A stretch of DNA of 64,000 nt from Pseudomonadota bacterium (GTDB lineage: Bacteria > Campylobacterota > Campylobacteria > Campylobacterales > Sulfurimonadaceae): positions 84,603 through 148,602 of the forward strand of contig JAZDQA010000007.1 of NCBI GenBank assembly GCA_043797085.1, given 5' to 3'. Shown here one piece after another: positions 1 to 9,685 of this stretch. The position numbers were made by a program, and so were the translations under genes. The notes beneath the pieces are model-generated. The model saw only the letters and a list, made by a program, of their open reading frames with translations. It was not told where the DNA came from and ran no database searches. Positions within the stretch are counted from its first letter, which is position 1; every line of letters begins with the position of its first letter.

Positions 1-348
1 GTAGACATTCCCTTTTTTAGTTCGGTATTCATACGAAACGGCTTGGATGATATAAGAGAACAATAGCGTCATCCATGCGAAATACGCGCCTCCGAAACTC
101 ACGGCATAAAAGAGTGGAAACGCCGCGAAAACAGCACCTCCGAAAAGAACAAGGGTCGTAAAGCCAAGTTCCCATTTGCGTCCGAAAACATTGTAAAGCA
201 AAGTTTTATCCGCTTCATTTTTGGCAATGGAGGGGATTAGAGCCTGACCTCCTTGAACAAACAGCATCATCGCTAAAAATCCGCCCAAGAGGGAGACAAT
301 CCCCCACCAGTAATTTTGAAGCCATAGCAGTTCCCACGTCTCAAACAT
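1..348 (-). CDS. cydB: Cytochrome bd ubiquinol oxidase subunit II, N-terminal part (runs off window)
   Basis: ATG at 348-346 overlapping the cydA stop, preceded by AAGGAG; translation MFETWELLWLQNYWWGIVSLLGGFLAMMLFVQGGQ...GRKWELGFTTLVLFGGAVFAAFPLFY is typical of CydB. Confidence 0.92.
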   Translation of the reverse strand, partial: MFETWELLWLQNYWWGIVSLLGGFLAMMLFVQGGQALIPSIAKNEADKTLLYNVFGRKWELGFTTLVLFGGAVFAAFPLFYAVSFGGAYFAWMTLLFSYIIQAVSYEYRTKKGNVY

Positions 349-1879
349 GATCGTCTCCTTTTTCGGCAATGTGCGGTCCATTGGCTATCGCCGACATCAT
401 AATCTTTATCTCTGCAATTAACAGCGTCGTAAAGAGGATGGCAAACGCCCAAAAGGTAATTTTAACTGTCATAGTACTCAGGGCACTTACCCCTTTCATC
501 GTGGGGAGAAGGTCTTGGATAACCCACGGTTGACGTCCCACTTCAGCAACAATCCATCCCGCTTCGCACGCAACAAATCCAAGCGGAATGGACATAAAGG
601 TAATCCATAACGCCCAGTGTGTATTGATGAGTTCATTGGTCATTGAAAGATACAACAGAACGATAAATAAAACGATAAAAAAGGAGCCCAGTCCGACCAT
701 TACGTGGAAACTGTAAAAGGTCAATGCGATGGGGGGAACCGTTTGAAGCGCATCGGTGAAATGACCGTAGCCCATGTACGATTGGTTTGCATCAAACGCT
801 TTTAAACTTGCTTCTGCGTCAGCGGTATTGTTCGATTTCTTGGCTTCATGGTAGGCATCTAAATCACTCAATGCCGCACGTCCTCGTTGTATTTTCTCAT
901 CGGCACTCATAATACCGAACTTTTCATTGCCATTGATGAGATCATTGATCCCTGGAACAAAAGCGTTAATGTCGTGGTATCCTAGAAGTGAGAGGGCATA
1001 GGGTATTTGAATGTCTCCGTAAAACTCCGGAAGATCATCACCCACTTTTTTATCCGGATTTAAAATTCCAAATGCAACAATCCCTGCACGCCCTTCACCC
1101 TCATAAAGCCCTTCCATTGCCGCAAGTTTCATCGGCTGTTTTTGAGCCACTTGATGTGCAGATTCATCACCGCTTAAAAGTAAAAAGAGAGATGCAAAGA
1201 GTCCAAAAGAAGAAGCGACGATAATGCTGCGGCGGGCAAACTGTGTTTCGCGTCCACGGATCAAAAACCATGCAGAAACGCCGACGACGAAAACAGCAGC
1301 GGTTACATATCCACCGCCGATGGTATGGAGAAATTTGGCAACGGCAACCGGAGAGAAGATCACTTCCCAAAAGTTCCCCATCTCATAGCGCATCGAATCG
1401 GGATTAAAATTCATCCCAACGGGATGCTGCATCCAGCCGTTTGCGACTAGAATCCACAATGCCGAGAGATTGGTTCCGATGGCAACCAGCCAAGCGGATG
1501 TGAGGTGAAATCCTTTTGAGACGCGGTTCCACCCGAAGAAAAGAACAACAAAAAAAGTCGATTCGAGAAAAAAAGCAAAAATCCCCTCGATTGCCAGCGG
1601 TGCGCCGAAAATGTCCCCGACGATCCACGAGTACGCTGCCCAGTTGGTTCCAAACTCGAACTCCATGATAAGACCAGTTGCAACGCCGATAACGAAGTTG
1701 ATTCCGAAAAGTTTGACCCAAAACTTGGTCGTAGAGAGCCATTTCTCATCCCCTGTTTTGACGTAAATCGTTTCCATAATGGCAACAAGAAAAGAGAGTC
1801 CAAGCGTGAGCGGAACAAATAAAAAGTGGTAAATTGCCGTTAACGCAAACTGCGCACGCGACCAGTCGATGAGATCCAT
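341..1879 (-). CDS. cydA: Cytochrome bd ubiquinol oxidase subunit I
   Basis: N-terminal SRAQFALTAIYHFLFVPLTLG, FEFGTNW, QPMKLAAMEG Q-loop and EVGRQPW motifs. Confidence 0.97.
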   Translation of the reverse strand: MDLIDWSRAQFALTAIYHFLFVPLTLGLSFLVAIMETIYVKTGDEKWLSTTKFWVKLFGINFVIGVATGLIMEFEFGTNWAAYSWIVGDIFGAPLAIEGIFAFFLESTFFVVLFFGWNRVSKGFHLTSAWLVAIGTNLSALWILVANGWMQHPVGMNFNPDSMRYEMGNFWEVIFSPVAVAKFLHTIGGGYVTAAVFVVGVSAWFLIRGRETQFARRSIIVASSFGLFASLFLLLSGDESAHQVAQKQPMKLAAMEGLYEGEGRAGIVAFGILNPDKKVGDDLPEFYGDIQIPYALSLLGYHDINAFVPGINDLINGNEKFGIMSADEKIQRGRAALSDLDAYHEAKKSNNTADAEASLKAFDANQSYMGYGHFTDALQTVPPIALTFYSFHVMVGLGSFFIVLFIVLLYLSMTNELINTHWALWITFMSIPLGFVACEAGWIVAEVGRQPWVIQDLLPTMKGVSALSTMTVKITFWAFAILFTTLLIAEIKIMMSAIANGPHIAEKGDDHV

Positions 1880-1894
1880 GGTACGGTTCCTTTG

Positions 1895-2086
1895 TTAGGG
1901 ATTAAAGGTTTCTGCAATTCGTGCAGGAGCCTCTTGCGGAGCATTTTTATAAGGGTTGTCCGAAAAAAATTGAAAAAGTCCCCAGATGATGATGAGTTTA
2001 AGAACGAGTACCATCATCAGCTTATTTTTAAGGTTCATCGCGCGCCATAAATCACGATACATGGATGCGATAGACTCCAGTTTCAT
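1895..2086 (-). CDS. Small membrane protein upstream of cydA (DUF4492-like)
   Basis: GGAG RBS before MKLESIASMYRD; single hydrophobic segment containing KL; position directly upstream of cydA. Confidence 0.6.
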   Translation of the reverse strand: MKLESIASMYRDLWRAMNLKNKLMMVLVLKLIIIWGLFQFFSDNPYKNAPQEAPARIAETFNP

Positions 2087-2088
2087 AC

Positions 2089-2475
2089 TTATCTCCATTG
2101 CAATTCTTCGATCAGATGATCGTAAACATACTGAATTTTTTGCGCATCGGGTTCACCTTTGTAATCCATTTGAGCACGTGCGATTGTAGTGTTTTGTTCC
2201 TTGATCGAAATACGGATATATCCATCAAAGTCAGTTCCTAAGGAACGGCTTTGGGCATTGGTACAATGGGCACTGTGAGTATAGACTTCTAAGTGAAGGG
2301 GAGCCTTGGAATCGTTTTTAAAATCGCTCTTGAGAGTACCGCTTATATCCTCAATATAAAGTGCCAAGGGAGGATGTGCGATGAAATCAGGCTTTGCGAT
2401 TTCAGTATAAATTTCCCGTTCCAAGCATCCGCCGAGAAACAGGAGGTAGAACAGGAGAAATAAATATTTTTTCAT
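2089..2475 (-). CDS. Hypothetical lipoprotein
   Basis: Signal peptide with lipobox LGGC; same strand and closely packed with neighbours. Confidence 0.7.
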   Translation of the reverse strand: MKKYLFLLFYLLFLGGCLEREIYTEIAKPDFIAHPPLALYIEDISGTLKSDFKNDSKAPLHLEVYTHSAHCTNAQSRSLGTDFDGYIRISIKEQNTTIARAQMDYKGEPDAQKIQYVYDHLIEELQWR

Positions 2476-2478
2476 GAG

Positions 2479-2904
2479 CTATACGTGGGAGTGCTGTCCA
2501 CAGCATTTTCCAGTATGTGAATGTGCGTGGCCGTGGGTGTGAGTTTTATGATCATGTTCTCCCAAGAGTGAATCAAAGTTGTCAGAGGTTACTTCGACCA
2601 GTTCGTTGGCATGAAGCAACTTTAAGGCATCTGTTGCGGTTAATCGGGTATGTCCAGCAAAATAGACTTTGATTCCATAACTTTTTAGTAATACAAACGG
2701 ATTCATCCCCAAATGAGAGATGATTAAAACATCAACATTGTTCGCGACTAAGATCCGCGCAACATCGCGTCCGCCGTTTTGTTCCATCTTTTCGACGGTT
2801 ATTTCGTTATCATCATTTGCAAATGCAAAATATTTGGCATTCCCAAAGAGTGGAGCCAGAGCAGCATCGGCAGAAGCAGTTTTAACGGGCATAGAAACTA
2901 TCAT
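2479..2904 (-). CDS. NifB/NifX (FeMo-cofactor-binding fold) family protein with His/Cys-rich tail
   Basis: PLFGNAKYFAF motif, VDVLIISHLG, tail HDHKTHTHGHAHSHTGKCCGQHSHV. Confidence 0.8.
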   Translation of the reverse strand: MIVSMPVKTASADAALAPLFGNAKYFAFANDDNEITVEKMEQNGGRDVARILVANNVDVLIISHLGMNPFVLLKSYGIKVYFAGHTRLTATDALKLLHANELVEVTSDNFDSLLGEHDHKTHTHGHAHSHTGKCCGQHSHV

Positions 2905-2919
2905 AATAAATCCTTTGGA

Positions 2920-3294
2920 TTAATGGTTTGAGCAGCTCATATCGCTGTTCATAAGGGTAAGCTGATTGGCTAAAAAAGCGTTCAGCGATTGTTCGACATT
3001 GAGCGATATGTTATCGTGATAAACCGCTAATCCCTTTTGTGCAAATCCTTGTAGCGGTGAGCCGCCTATTCCTGAAACAATCAGGGCATTAGCTCCGAGA
3101 ATACAGATATTTTCGACTGCACCACCACATCCGCTTGCTTTATGACCTTCGTTTTTGACGACACTCACATCTTCAATTTTTCCTTCTTGAGTCAGTTCAA
3201 CGACAGTATAAAAGTTGGCTCGACCAAAATGGGCATCTCGTTTTGAGAGGAGACCGTGGTGTTCATTGGTAGGGAATACTATTTTTGTATTCAT
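2920..3294 (-). CDS. NifB/NifX family protein
   Basis: HFGRANFYTVV and LIVSGIGG motifs; HKASGCGG loop. Confidence 0.85.
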   Translation of the reverse strand: MNTKIVFPTNEHHGLLSKRDAHFGRANFYTVVELTQEGKIEDVSVVKNEGHKASGCGGAVENICILGANALIVSGIGGSPLQGFAQKGLAVYHDNISLNVEQSLNAFLANQLTLMNSDMSCSNH

Positions 3295-3327
3295 AGTTAA
3301 ACTCCTTGTGTAAATTTCTATAAGTAA

Positions 3328-3466
3328 TTTAGCATATGTAAAATTAAAATGATATTAATACTATCTTATAATACATATAACTTGCTCTTAATATGCCTAA
3401 TATACAAGATTTTACGCTATTCAGAAAGTGTTATGGCGAAATAAATTATAATTATCATATGTAAAT
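3328..3466. promoter_or_regulatory. Two CATATG-centred pseudo-palindromes in the divergent promoter region (candidate DUF134 operators)
   Basis: TTTAGCATATGTAAAA at 3328-3343 and ATTATCATATGTAAAT at 3451-3466, each next to one of the divergent start codons. Confidence 0.4.
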
Positions 3467-3479
3467 ACTAGGGAATACG

Positions 3480-4106
3480 ATGAAAACAGGAAAAAAACGA
3501 AATATTACCTTCAAACCTACTTGCTTTTCATATGGTCCTTTAACTCAATTACCCAAAGAAACCATGCAATTACGAGATGATGAACTCGAAGCGCTCTATC
3601 TAGCCGATTTTAAAGTTCTGTATCATGAAGAGTGTGCACTTTCGCTCGGAATTTCTCGTCCGACGTTTGCCAAGCTGATTAAACAAGCGCGTAAAAAAAT
3701 GGTAGAGATGGTGATGTATGGCAAAGCCATTGAGCTCATACGAGAGCCTCATAGTTTCACTCTCGTATTTCCGACAGATGATCGTATCTCAATTCATCCT
3801 TATTTTTTAGTTGCCAAACTGTTTGCTTTTGCTAAAGTTGAAGAAGGGTTAATTTCATCGATTACGTATAAAGAGAACCCGATATATCGAGAACTTTTTC
3901 AAAATGAGGCAGAAATTGTGAACGATGAAAGTGCCAAAGGACTTGCTGCGGGTCGGATTATTCCGCCACTTTTAGAAGAAGCGACCATTTTAGTTGCACG
4001 AACGCTTGGGGATGGGATACGACGAAATATCGAGGGGATGGGGATAGCCATTGAGCTAACCCAAACTAGCAACCTTGATACGGTTATTGCTGAGTTGATA
4101 GTTTAA
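3480..4106 (+). CDS. DUF134 DNA-binding protein fused to a NifX-like domain
   Basis: DELEALYLAD...ECALSLGISRPTFAKLIKQARKK HTH; C-terminal half begins LVFPTDD..IHPYF like NifX. Confidence 0.85.
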   Translation: MKTGKKRNITFKPTCFSYGPLTQLPKETMQLRDDELEALYLADFKVLYHEECALSLGISRPTFAKLIKQARKKMVEMVMYGKAIELIREPHSFTLVFPTDDRISIHPYFLVAKLFAFAKVEEGLISSITYKENPIYRELFQNEAEIVNDESAKGLAAGRIIPPLLEEATILVARTLGDGIRRNIEGMGIAIELTQTSNLDTVIAELIV

Positions 4107-4482
4107 TTCCCTTAACCCAGCCCTCCATCGTTTCATTGATTGCATACATCGGTGCTTCTAAAAAGGTGATAACAAAATTTTCACCCATATCGCACACACC
4201 AATGGAACGAGGGCGGGGGGCCATCATTTCAGGTCTGGGCAGTTTTTGACCGAAACAAAAGATGACCATCTTCGCTTCACTCATGAGAGGATTAATCTCT
4301 CCGCCAAGAGAAGTTGTATGGGCGTGATGGTCGAACTCTCCGATGTAAGCGGCAACTGGATTCGCTGCAATTTGATCTTTTAAATAGCTGATGATCCCAT
4401 CGACATTGGAGTAACGTGATTCTTTTTTAGCGATTTCAAGTGTATAGATGGGATATTTTTCCATAAAAGTGGTCTGTTTCAA
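4084..4482 (-). CDS. Conserved hypothetical protein (DUF6858/DUF302-like)
   Basis: Intact 132-aa ORF with AAGGA RBS and TTG start; FDHHAHT and PRSIGV motifs. Confidence 0.6.
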   Translation of the reverse strand: MKQTTFMEKYPIYTLEIAKKESRYSNVDGIISYLKDQIAANPVAAYIGEFDHHAHTTSLGGEINPLMSEAKMVIFCFGQKLPRPEMMAPRPRSIGVCDMGENFVITFLEAPMYAINETMEGWVKGIKLSTQQ

Positions 4483-4522
4483 AACATGTTTCCTTAATTT
4501 TGTTAGTTTAGATAAAGCTCTA

Positions 4523-5692
4523 TTACATCCCGGGAATACGAGGAATATAACCCATTTTCGACATTTTGTAATACCATCCCCATCCGATTTTCATCCAATG
4601 CCCTATAATCGGCATAGGGATGAGGAGTGCTTTTTTATCGTCACGGTAAACAAACCCTGCACCATTGCCCATATCCATAACACAGAGGATATTGAGGTGA
4701 TTTTTGTACCCTTTTTTCTCCCCGGATTTGAGACCGACGGTTATTGCGCTGTTGTGAGCGGCATTGCGTGCCATGACTTCGGCGATGTGCCCTTGTTTGG
4801 CTTTCCAGTCGGGACCTTCCAGTGCCGCAGCATCACCGATGGCATACCATCCTTTAACCCCTTCAATTTCACAAAAATCATTAATACGGATAAAGTCGGC
4901 ATTGTTGAGGGGTAGATTGCTCTCTTTGATAAGCTGCTGTCCGTTACCAGCGGGGATAAACATTGTTAAATCACTCTCGAGATTGCTTCCATCTTCAAAA
5001 ACGATTCTTTCGGACTCAAAACGGGTAATTTTTTTACCGTACCGTTCGCCAAAGTTATTTTTTTTGAACATCATCGCCATGAGATTGAGGGCTTTTTCTC
5101 CCATACGTGCACCAGGAGTTGCCATCGGGGCGAAAAATGTCATTTCGAAATTATCTCGAATTCCCAATTTTTTGAGTTTATGATGGAGGTTAAAAAAGAG
5201 CTCAAATCCAGGACCGCCTCGTACACCGCTTGAGTCATTGGGATTGCCGCCAAATCCGAATGCGATTTTCCCCGATCCTTTTTCGATTAAGGCATCAATT
5301 CTTTTTTTGAGTAACAGTGATTGTTCCGGAGCTCCACAAATAGAGAGTGTATGTTCGAGCCCTTCATGTTTCATTTTTCCCGAGCCCAGTGCTATTACGA
5401 GGTGATCGACTTGGCATTCACCCTCTTTTTCAAGTGTGATGGTTTTTGTAAGAGCATCGATTGCAATGACACGATCAAGGGTGAGGACAAAATTGTGACG
5501 TTCTGCAAATTTATTTAGGGGTAAAGCAACATCATCAAAGGCATACGTTCCAACGGGAATCCAAATTGAGATAGGGAAGCTATAGAGATAGTCCCGATCG
5601 CTGATCAGCTCGACGTCAAACCCTTCTTTTCGGTAAAAAATTGCTGCTTCAAGTCCGGCAATCCCACCGCCAATAATGGTAACATTTTTCAT
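4523..5692 (-). CDS. sqrF: Sulfide:quinone oxidoreductase, SqrF (type VI)-like
   Basis: GGGIAG FAD motif, FPISIWIP, SICGAPE, GFGGNPNDSSGVRGGPGFE, KQGHIA and LCVMD motifs resemble type VI SQRs. Confidence 0.75.
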   Translation of the reverse strand: MKNVTIIGGGIAGLEAAIFYRKEGFDVELISDRDYLYSFPISIWIPVGTYAFDDVALPLNKFAERHNFVLTLDRVIAIDALTKTITLEKEGECQVDHLVIALGSGKMKHEGLEHTLSICGAPEQSLLLKKRIDALIEKGSGKIAFGFGGNPNDSSGVRGGPGFELFFNLHHKLKKLGIRDNFEMTFFAPMATPGARMGEKALNLMAMMFKKNNFGERYGKKITRFESERIVFEDGSNLESDLTMFIPAGNGQQLIKESNLPLNNADFIRINDFCEIEGVKGWYAIGDAAALEGPDWKAKQGHIAEVMARNAAHNSAITVGLKSGEKKGYKNHLNILCVMDMGNGAGFVYRDDKKALLIPMPIIGHWMKIGWGWYYKMSKMGYIPRIPGM

Positions 5693-5810
5693 TGTTATAC
5701 CCTTTTAAATATTGTTTGCAAATAATAATTATTGCTTTTAACTATCAATGTGAATTATAATATGAATGACGCTTAAAGTCAATGGTATAGTTTATTTATA
5801 CCGTCAATTT

Positions 5811-6056
5811 TTATTTATGAGAGATGGTTTTTTTTGAAGAGAAGAGTCTTTTGCCTAGTTGGAGTATCATTCGTAAGATTGCGATGATACTGTATACAAT
5901 GGCTGTATAAACGAGAGGGTGAAAATAGTTACCCTTCTCCATCATAGTGGCAAAACGAAGCAATGGATTGTTTAGAAGATCGGGATGCATCAGGAATGCT
6001 AAAATTGGCAGTAAAATACCAAAAATAGCAATCTCCCGAAGCAAAGTTTTGTTCAT
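5811..6056 (-). CDS. Small membrane protein
   Basis: 81 aa, two hydrophobic segments, MHPDLL and YFHPL motifs; starts 1 nt after the upstream stop. Confidence 0.6.
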   Translation of the reverse strand: MNKTLLREIAIFGILLPILAFLMHPDLLNNPLLRFATMMEKGNYFHPLVYTAIVYSIIAILRMILQLGKRLFSSKKTISHK

Positions 6057-6057
6057 T

Positions 6058-7491
6058 CTACATTAAACCGCGCATCATCAAATGCCAGTACATCGGTTTG
6101 AGCATATAGAGGTCAAATGCCCACCAAATCCAGCGTTCTTCTTCAACAGCAAGAGGAAACGACGGTGCAGCACCGAGGTAATTGAACTCAGCTAAGATAA
6201 TTTTGCCGTATTGAGTTTTCAACGGACATACCGTGTAGCCGTCAAATTTTTCAGTAAGGGCTTTTTTCTCCATTTGAGAAATCAGATTGGCAACCATAAT
6301 CGGTCCGTGATGGCGAGCACTTCCTCCAGTTTTACCCAGTGGGATACCGCACACATCACCGATTCCGAAGACATTAGGGTAGCGATTGTGTTGAAGTGTG
6401 TCTTGATCCACTTCCAGCCACCCTTTTGCTGACCCTTTTTGCCATGCAAGGGCTGAATTAAAGACAGCATCCGGTGCAGACATCGGAGGAACAATATGGA
6501 TAAAATCGTATTCCATCGGTACACGCTCAACGGTGGTGATGGTTTCATACTCTTCTAAATCTTCGTCGTAAGCCCCTTTGGTCTCTACTTTGGTTTCAAA
6601 CGTAGCGATTTTTTTCTCCCCGTCGATAGCAACGAGATTGTGTTTAAATTTATTGGTGATATTTCCATAACGCGGTTGAACCACTTCATTGAGTGCTTTG
6701 TTGACAGCAGGAACACCGAAAAGTTTATCGCCGTTAAGGGCAAAGGTGAAATCAGCCGTTAGTCCATCTTGTTTGAGAAAGTCATCACTGAGATAGAGAA
6801 TCTTTTGGGGAGCACCACCACATTTGATCGGAGTTGCAGGCTGAGTACAGATGACGCGAGATTTCCCTTTTTTCGCCGCTTCTTTAACGTCATTAAACCA
6901 CTGCCATGTAATAGAACCGCCCGCAGCTGTCCCCTTTTCCAAATCATTGAGATAAACGCTAGAAATACCATTTTTACCGATCATATCGATGGTAAGACCT
7001 TCGATTTTTTCATAATGGTAGACTAATCCAGTGGCTACAACGAGATAGTCATAAGAGACTTTTTCCCCTTTTCGAGTAGTAAGGGTATTGTTGTCGGGAT
7101 CAAATGTAGCGACTTCGTCTTTGATCCATTTGACATCATCGGGAATCAAATCGAGATTGCTTCCCATAATGTCTTCAGGTGCGTATTCACCCGCAGCGAC
7201 AAACACTTGTCCCGGTTGGTAAATATGACCTTCGTTTGGAGTGATGATCGTGATGTCTGGGTTGGAGAGTGCTTTGCGCAAACGTGCCATCGCCATAATA
7301 CCGCCGGCACCACCGCCAACGATAACAATTTTACCTTTGGCATCTGAAGCCATAGCATTCGTACCATTACTGCTGCCAGCAGAGGCAAGAACACCTGCCG
7401 CGATAGGGGAAAGACCCATAAAGCGTAGCGCTTCACGACGGGTCATACCGGATTTGATTTCATTGAGTGCGTCAAGTTCGAGTTTAGACAT
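6058..7491 (-). CDS. Tat-exported FAD-dependent sulfide oxidoreductase (SqrB/type II SQR- or FccB-like)
   Basis: Twin-arginine signal TRREALRF; VGGGAGG FAD motif; HIYQPG, KCGGAPQK and DGYTVCP catalytic-cysteine motifs. Confidence 0.8.
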   Translation of the reverse strand: MSKLELDALNEIKSGMTRREALRFMGLSPIAAGVLASAGSSNGTNAMASDAKGKIVIVGGGAGGIMAMARLRKALSNPDITIITPNEGHIYQPGQVFVAAGEYAPEDIMGSNLDLIPDDVKWIKDEVATFDPDNNTLTTRKGEKVSYDYLVVATGLVYHYEKIEGLTIDMIGKNGISSVYLNDLEKGTAAGGSITWQWFNDVKEAAKKGKSRVICTQPATPIKCGGAPQKILYLSDDFLKQDGLTADFTFALNGDKLFGVPAVNKALNEVVQPRYGNITNKFKHNLVAIDGEKKIATFETKVETKGAYDEDLEEYETITTVERVPMEYDFIHIVPPMSAPDAVFNSALAWQKGSAKGWLEVDQDTLQHNRYPNVFGIGDVCGIPLGKTGGSARHHGPIMVANLISQMEKKALTEKFDGYTVCPLKTQYGKIILAEFNYLGAAPSFPLAVEEERWIWWAFDLYMLKPMYWHLMMRGLM

Positions 7492-7500
7492 AAAAGCTCC

Positions 7501-8982
7501 TTAATATTTATAACGCACAAATGCGCGAAATTCTTGAGAATGGTCGAGATTAGGTTCTAATGGATTATCCCAGTAGCATGTTGTATTGGCGCGATAGTGG
7601 TGATCCAGATAGGTATAGCGAATTTGTGCACTCAGATTTTTCCCGACAATCGGGATATTCCAGTATCCTTCATATGCATTACCGCGCGTGGCGATTTTAG
7701 AGCCGATAGTAGAATCTTCAGCCCATGTCATCGGTGTCCAGTACTTACTTCCATAGTTATACTCTAAACCGAAACGCCCTCCGTCGGTGATTTGATCGGG
7801 GAACAAAAAACCTGCCCAGAAGCTGTATCCAGTTTTATTCTCAGCTGAACCTAGCATTCGATAGCCACTTTCAGGATTAGTTGAACTCATTGCCGTACTG
7901 GCAAAGAGGGTCGATTCTTCTAAAAATTCGTTATCCTCACCTAAGCCATCGAGTTGATACGAGAGTGCAGCTAAATGAGTCGTTCCTGATGCAGTTTTTA
8001 TCTCTGTAGTGAGTCCATCTGTTGCGACTTTTTCACCTTTAGAATTCATGATCATGGAGTATTGGGCCATCAGATTATGTTGACCGTCATTGTAGATTGA
8101 CATTGGCATAACGATAAAGTCAACTTGATTGTCTTCTGCTGCAGTGTCGATAAAATTTGTCGCAGAGATAGTTCTGCTTGCCGGATCATGGGCACGTCCG
8201 TAGACCACTTTGAGATACGATCCAGGAAATAAGACTTTATCAAAATCAAATTGCATCATGACACCGTCAACTTCCATGTTGGTGATATGGGCTAATGGTG
8301 AGCCCGCAGCATCATCGCTCATCATTTCACGATGGTTAGCCAAAAAGCCATCCGTTGCTGCTCGGCGTCCGGCACTGACGTTCATCGGTACATCCCAGTC
8401 ATTTCCAAATTTATAAACAAAATAGGCTTGACGTAAACGGATGTCGACATCATTAGGACGTGAGCTTTCTTGCCAAATTTTATCTTCGGCTACTGATGTA
8501 TCCGCACCCCAGTTGTAATAGGCGGCAAGTTGACCGTAGAAGAAAAGATCTTTATTGACTTTTGAACCCATACCTAACCACAAACGGTTGGTGAGTAAAG
8601 AGGGATTAGAATAGCCTTGAGCAGCATTGGTACCATCAGGCGAATAGGCGGTTGCGTATTTATTGGTTCCACTCGCAGGAGCACGTTTTGTTGCATTATC
8701 AGAATAGCTATATCCTGTATTGTGATAAGCACTTCTAAAATCGATATCCCATTTGATATTGTCATTAGCACTTTGTGCGTTGACTTTGGAGAGCATGTCA
8801 CCTTGAGAGATTTGGGTCTCTTGGAGAACGATTTGTGTTTGTTGTGTTGTTCCTTGGGTTTTTTCAAGCTGTTCAATCCGTTGGATCAGTTTTTGGATTT
8901 GTGCTTGCAGTGCGGCTTCATCGGCGATTAAGTTTCCGGTAAAGAGAGATGCCGCAATAAGTGATAAAGTAATTTTTTTCAT
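7501..8982 (-). CDS. DUF3373 family outer-membrane protein (putative porin)
   Basis: Signal peptide, coiled coil, DFR motif, NRLWLGM, GSKYWTPMT, terminal aromatic RYKY typical of beta-barrels. Confidence 0.75.
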   Translation of the reverse strand: MKKITLSLIAASLFTGNLIADEAALQAQIQKLIQRIEQLEKTQGTTQQTQIVLQETQISQGDMLSKVNAQSANDNIKWDIDFRSAYHNTGYSYSDNATKRAPASGTNKYATAYSPDGTNAAQGYSNPSLLTNRLWLGMGSKVNKDLFFYGQLAAYYNWGADTSVAEDKIWQESSRPNDVDIRLRQAYFVYKFGNDWDVPMNVSAGRRAATDGFLANHREMMSDDAAGSPLAHITNMEVDGVMMQFDFDKVLFPGSYLKVVYGRAHDPASRTISATNFIDTAAEDNQVDFIVMPMSIYNDGQHNLMAQYSMIMNSKGEKVATDGLTTEIKTASGTTHLAALSYQLDGLGEDNEFLEESTLFASTAMSSTNPESGYRMLGSAENKTGYSFWAGFLFPDQITDGGRFGLEYNYGSKYWTPMTWAEDSTIGSKIATRGNAYEGYWNIPIVGKNLSAQIRYTYLDHHYRANTTCYWDNPLEPNLDHSQEFRAFVRYKY

Positions 8983-9036
8983 CTATCTTCCTTGAGTTAC
9001 ATTGGTGTTTTCGGGAGGGTTAAGAGGAGAAGATTC

Positions 9037-9056
9037 ACGAAACCCAAAGGCTTCGT
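9037..9056 (-). terminator. Intergenic hairpin downstream of the 110-aa secreted protein
   Basis: Minus-strand ACGAAGCC-TTTG-GGTTTCGT stem-loop; no strong U-tract. Confidence 0.35.
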
Positions 9057-9065
9057 AAAAATGAC

Positions 9066-9398
9066 TTAGCACGAAGGAATATTACCGCTGTCGCGTGCAA
9101 AGTCGTGAACGAAATCATATAAATGCGTTTCAATTTTTTTATACTTATCGCTTTCAAAGAACTCTTTACCTGCTGGACATGCTTCGGTCATTTTTTTATT
9201 TAATGTGCCCGCTTTATAGGCTTTATCCCAATCTGCTTGTTTGTATTTAGCAGCAAATACGCCACCGGTAATCCCACATGTTTCTTTGAGATTTTTTTGG
9301 TAAAGTTTTTTACCTTTTTCTGCATCAGCAGAAGCCGTTGTACTAAAGAGTGTAAGACTAAGAAATGCTGCTAAAGCAATTTTAGAGAATGAATGCAT
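9066..9398 (-). CDS. Secreted cytochrome-c-like small protein lacking CXXCH
   Basis: Signal peptide then ADAEKGKKLY (cytochrome-c-like start); three Cys, C-terminal DSGNIPSC; no CXXCH. Confidence 0.65.
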   Translation of the reverse strand: MHSFSKIALAAFLSLTLFSTTASADAEKGKKLYQKNLKETCGITGGVFAAKYKQADWDKAYKAGTLNKKMTEACPAGKEFFESDKYKKIETHLYDFVHDFARDSGNIPSC

Positions 9399-9685
9399 GG
9401 TTTTTTTCCTTAAGGAGGTAATTTTATGAGTACCAAAAGATACTCTAATGATTGTCAGCGATGATGATACACTTGGAATGATAAAAATAATATAAAATTA
9501 ACTGTATTATTATCTGACATTATAATTAATAATTTATTCGTCAAATAAATATTTATAATAATTCTATATAATGTATAAAATGGAGTAAAAAAGCATTAAA
9601 ATACAAAAAACTATACTGTGTAAAAAAGTAACACTACTCAGCTTTATTAAAATTTTAGTCTAAATTATAAGGATTAAATTAAGGA

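Noticed and set aside
2479..4106. Nitrogen fixation genes
   Set aside because: Only NifX-like fold proteins; no nitrogenase structural or assembly genes in the window
9066..9398. Call as a bona fide c-type cytochrome
   Set aside because: No CXXCH haem-attachment motif
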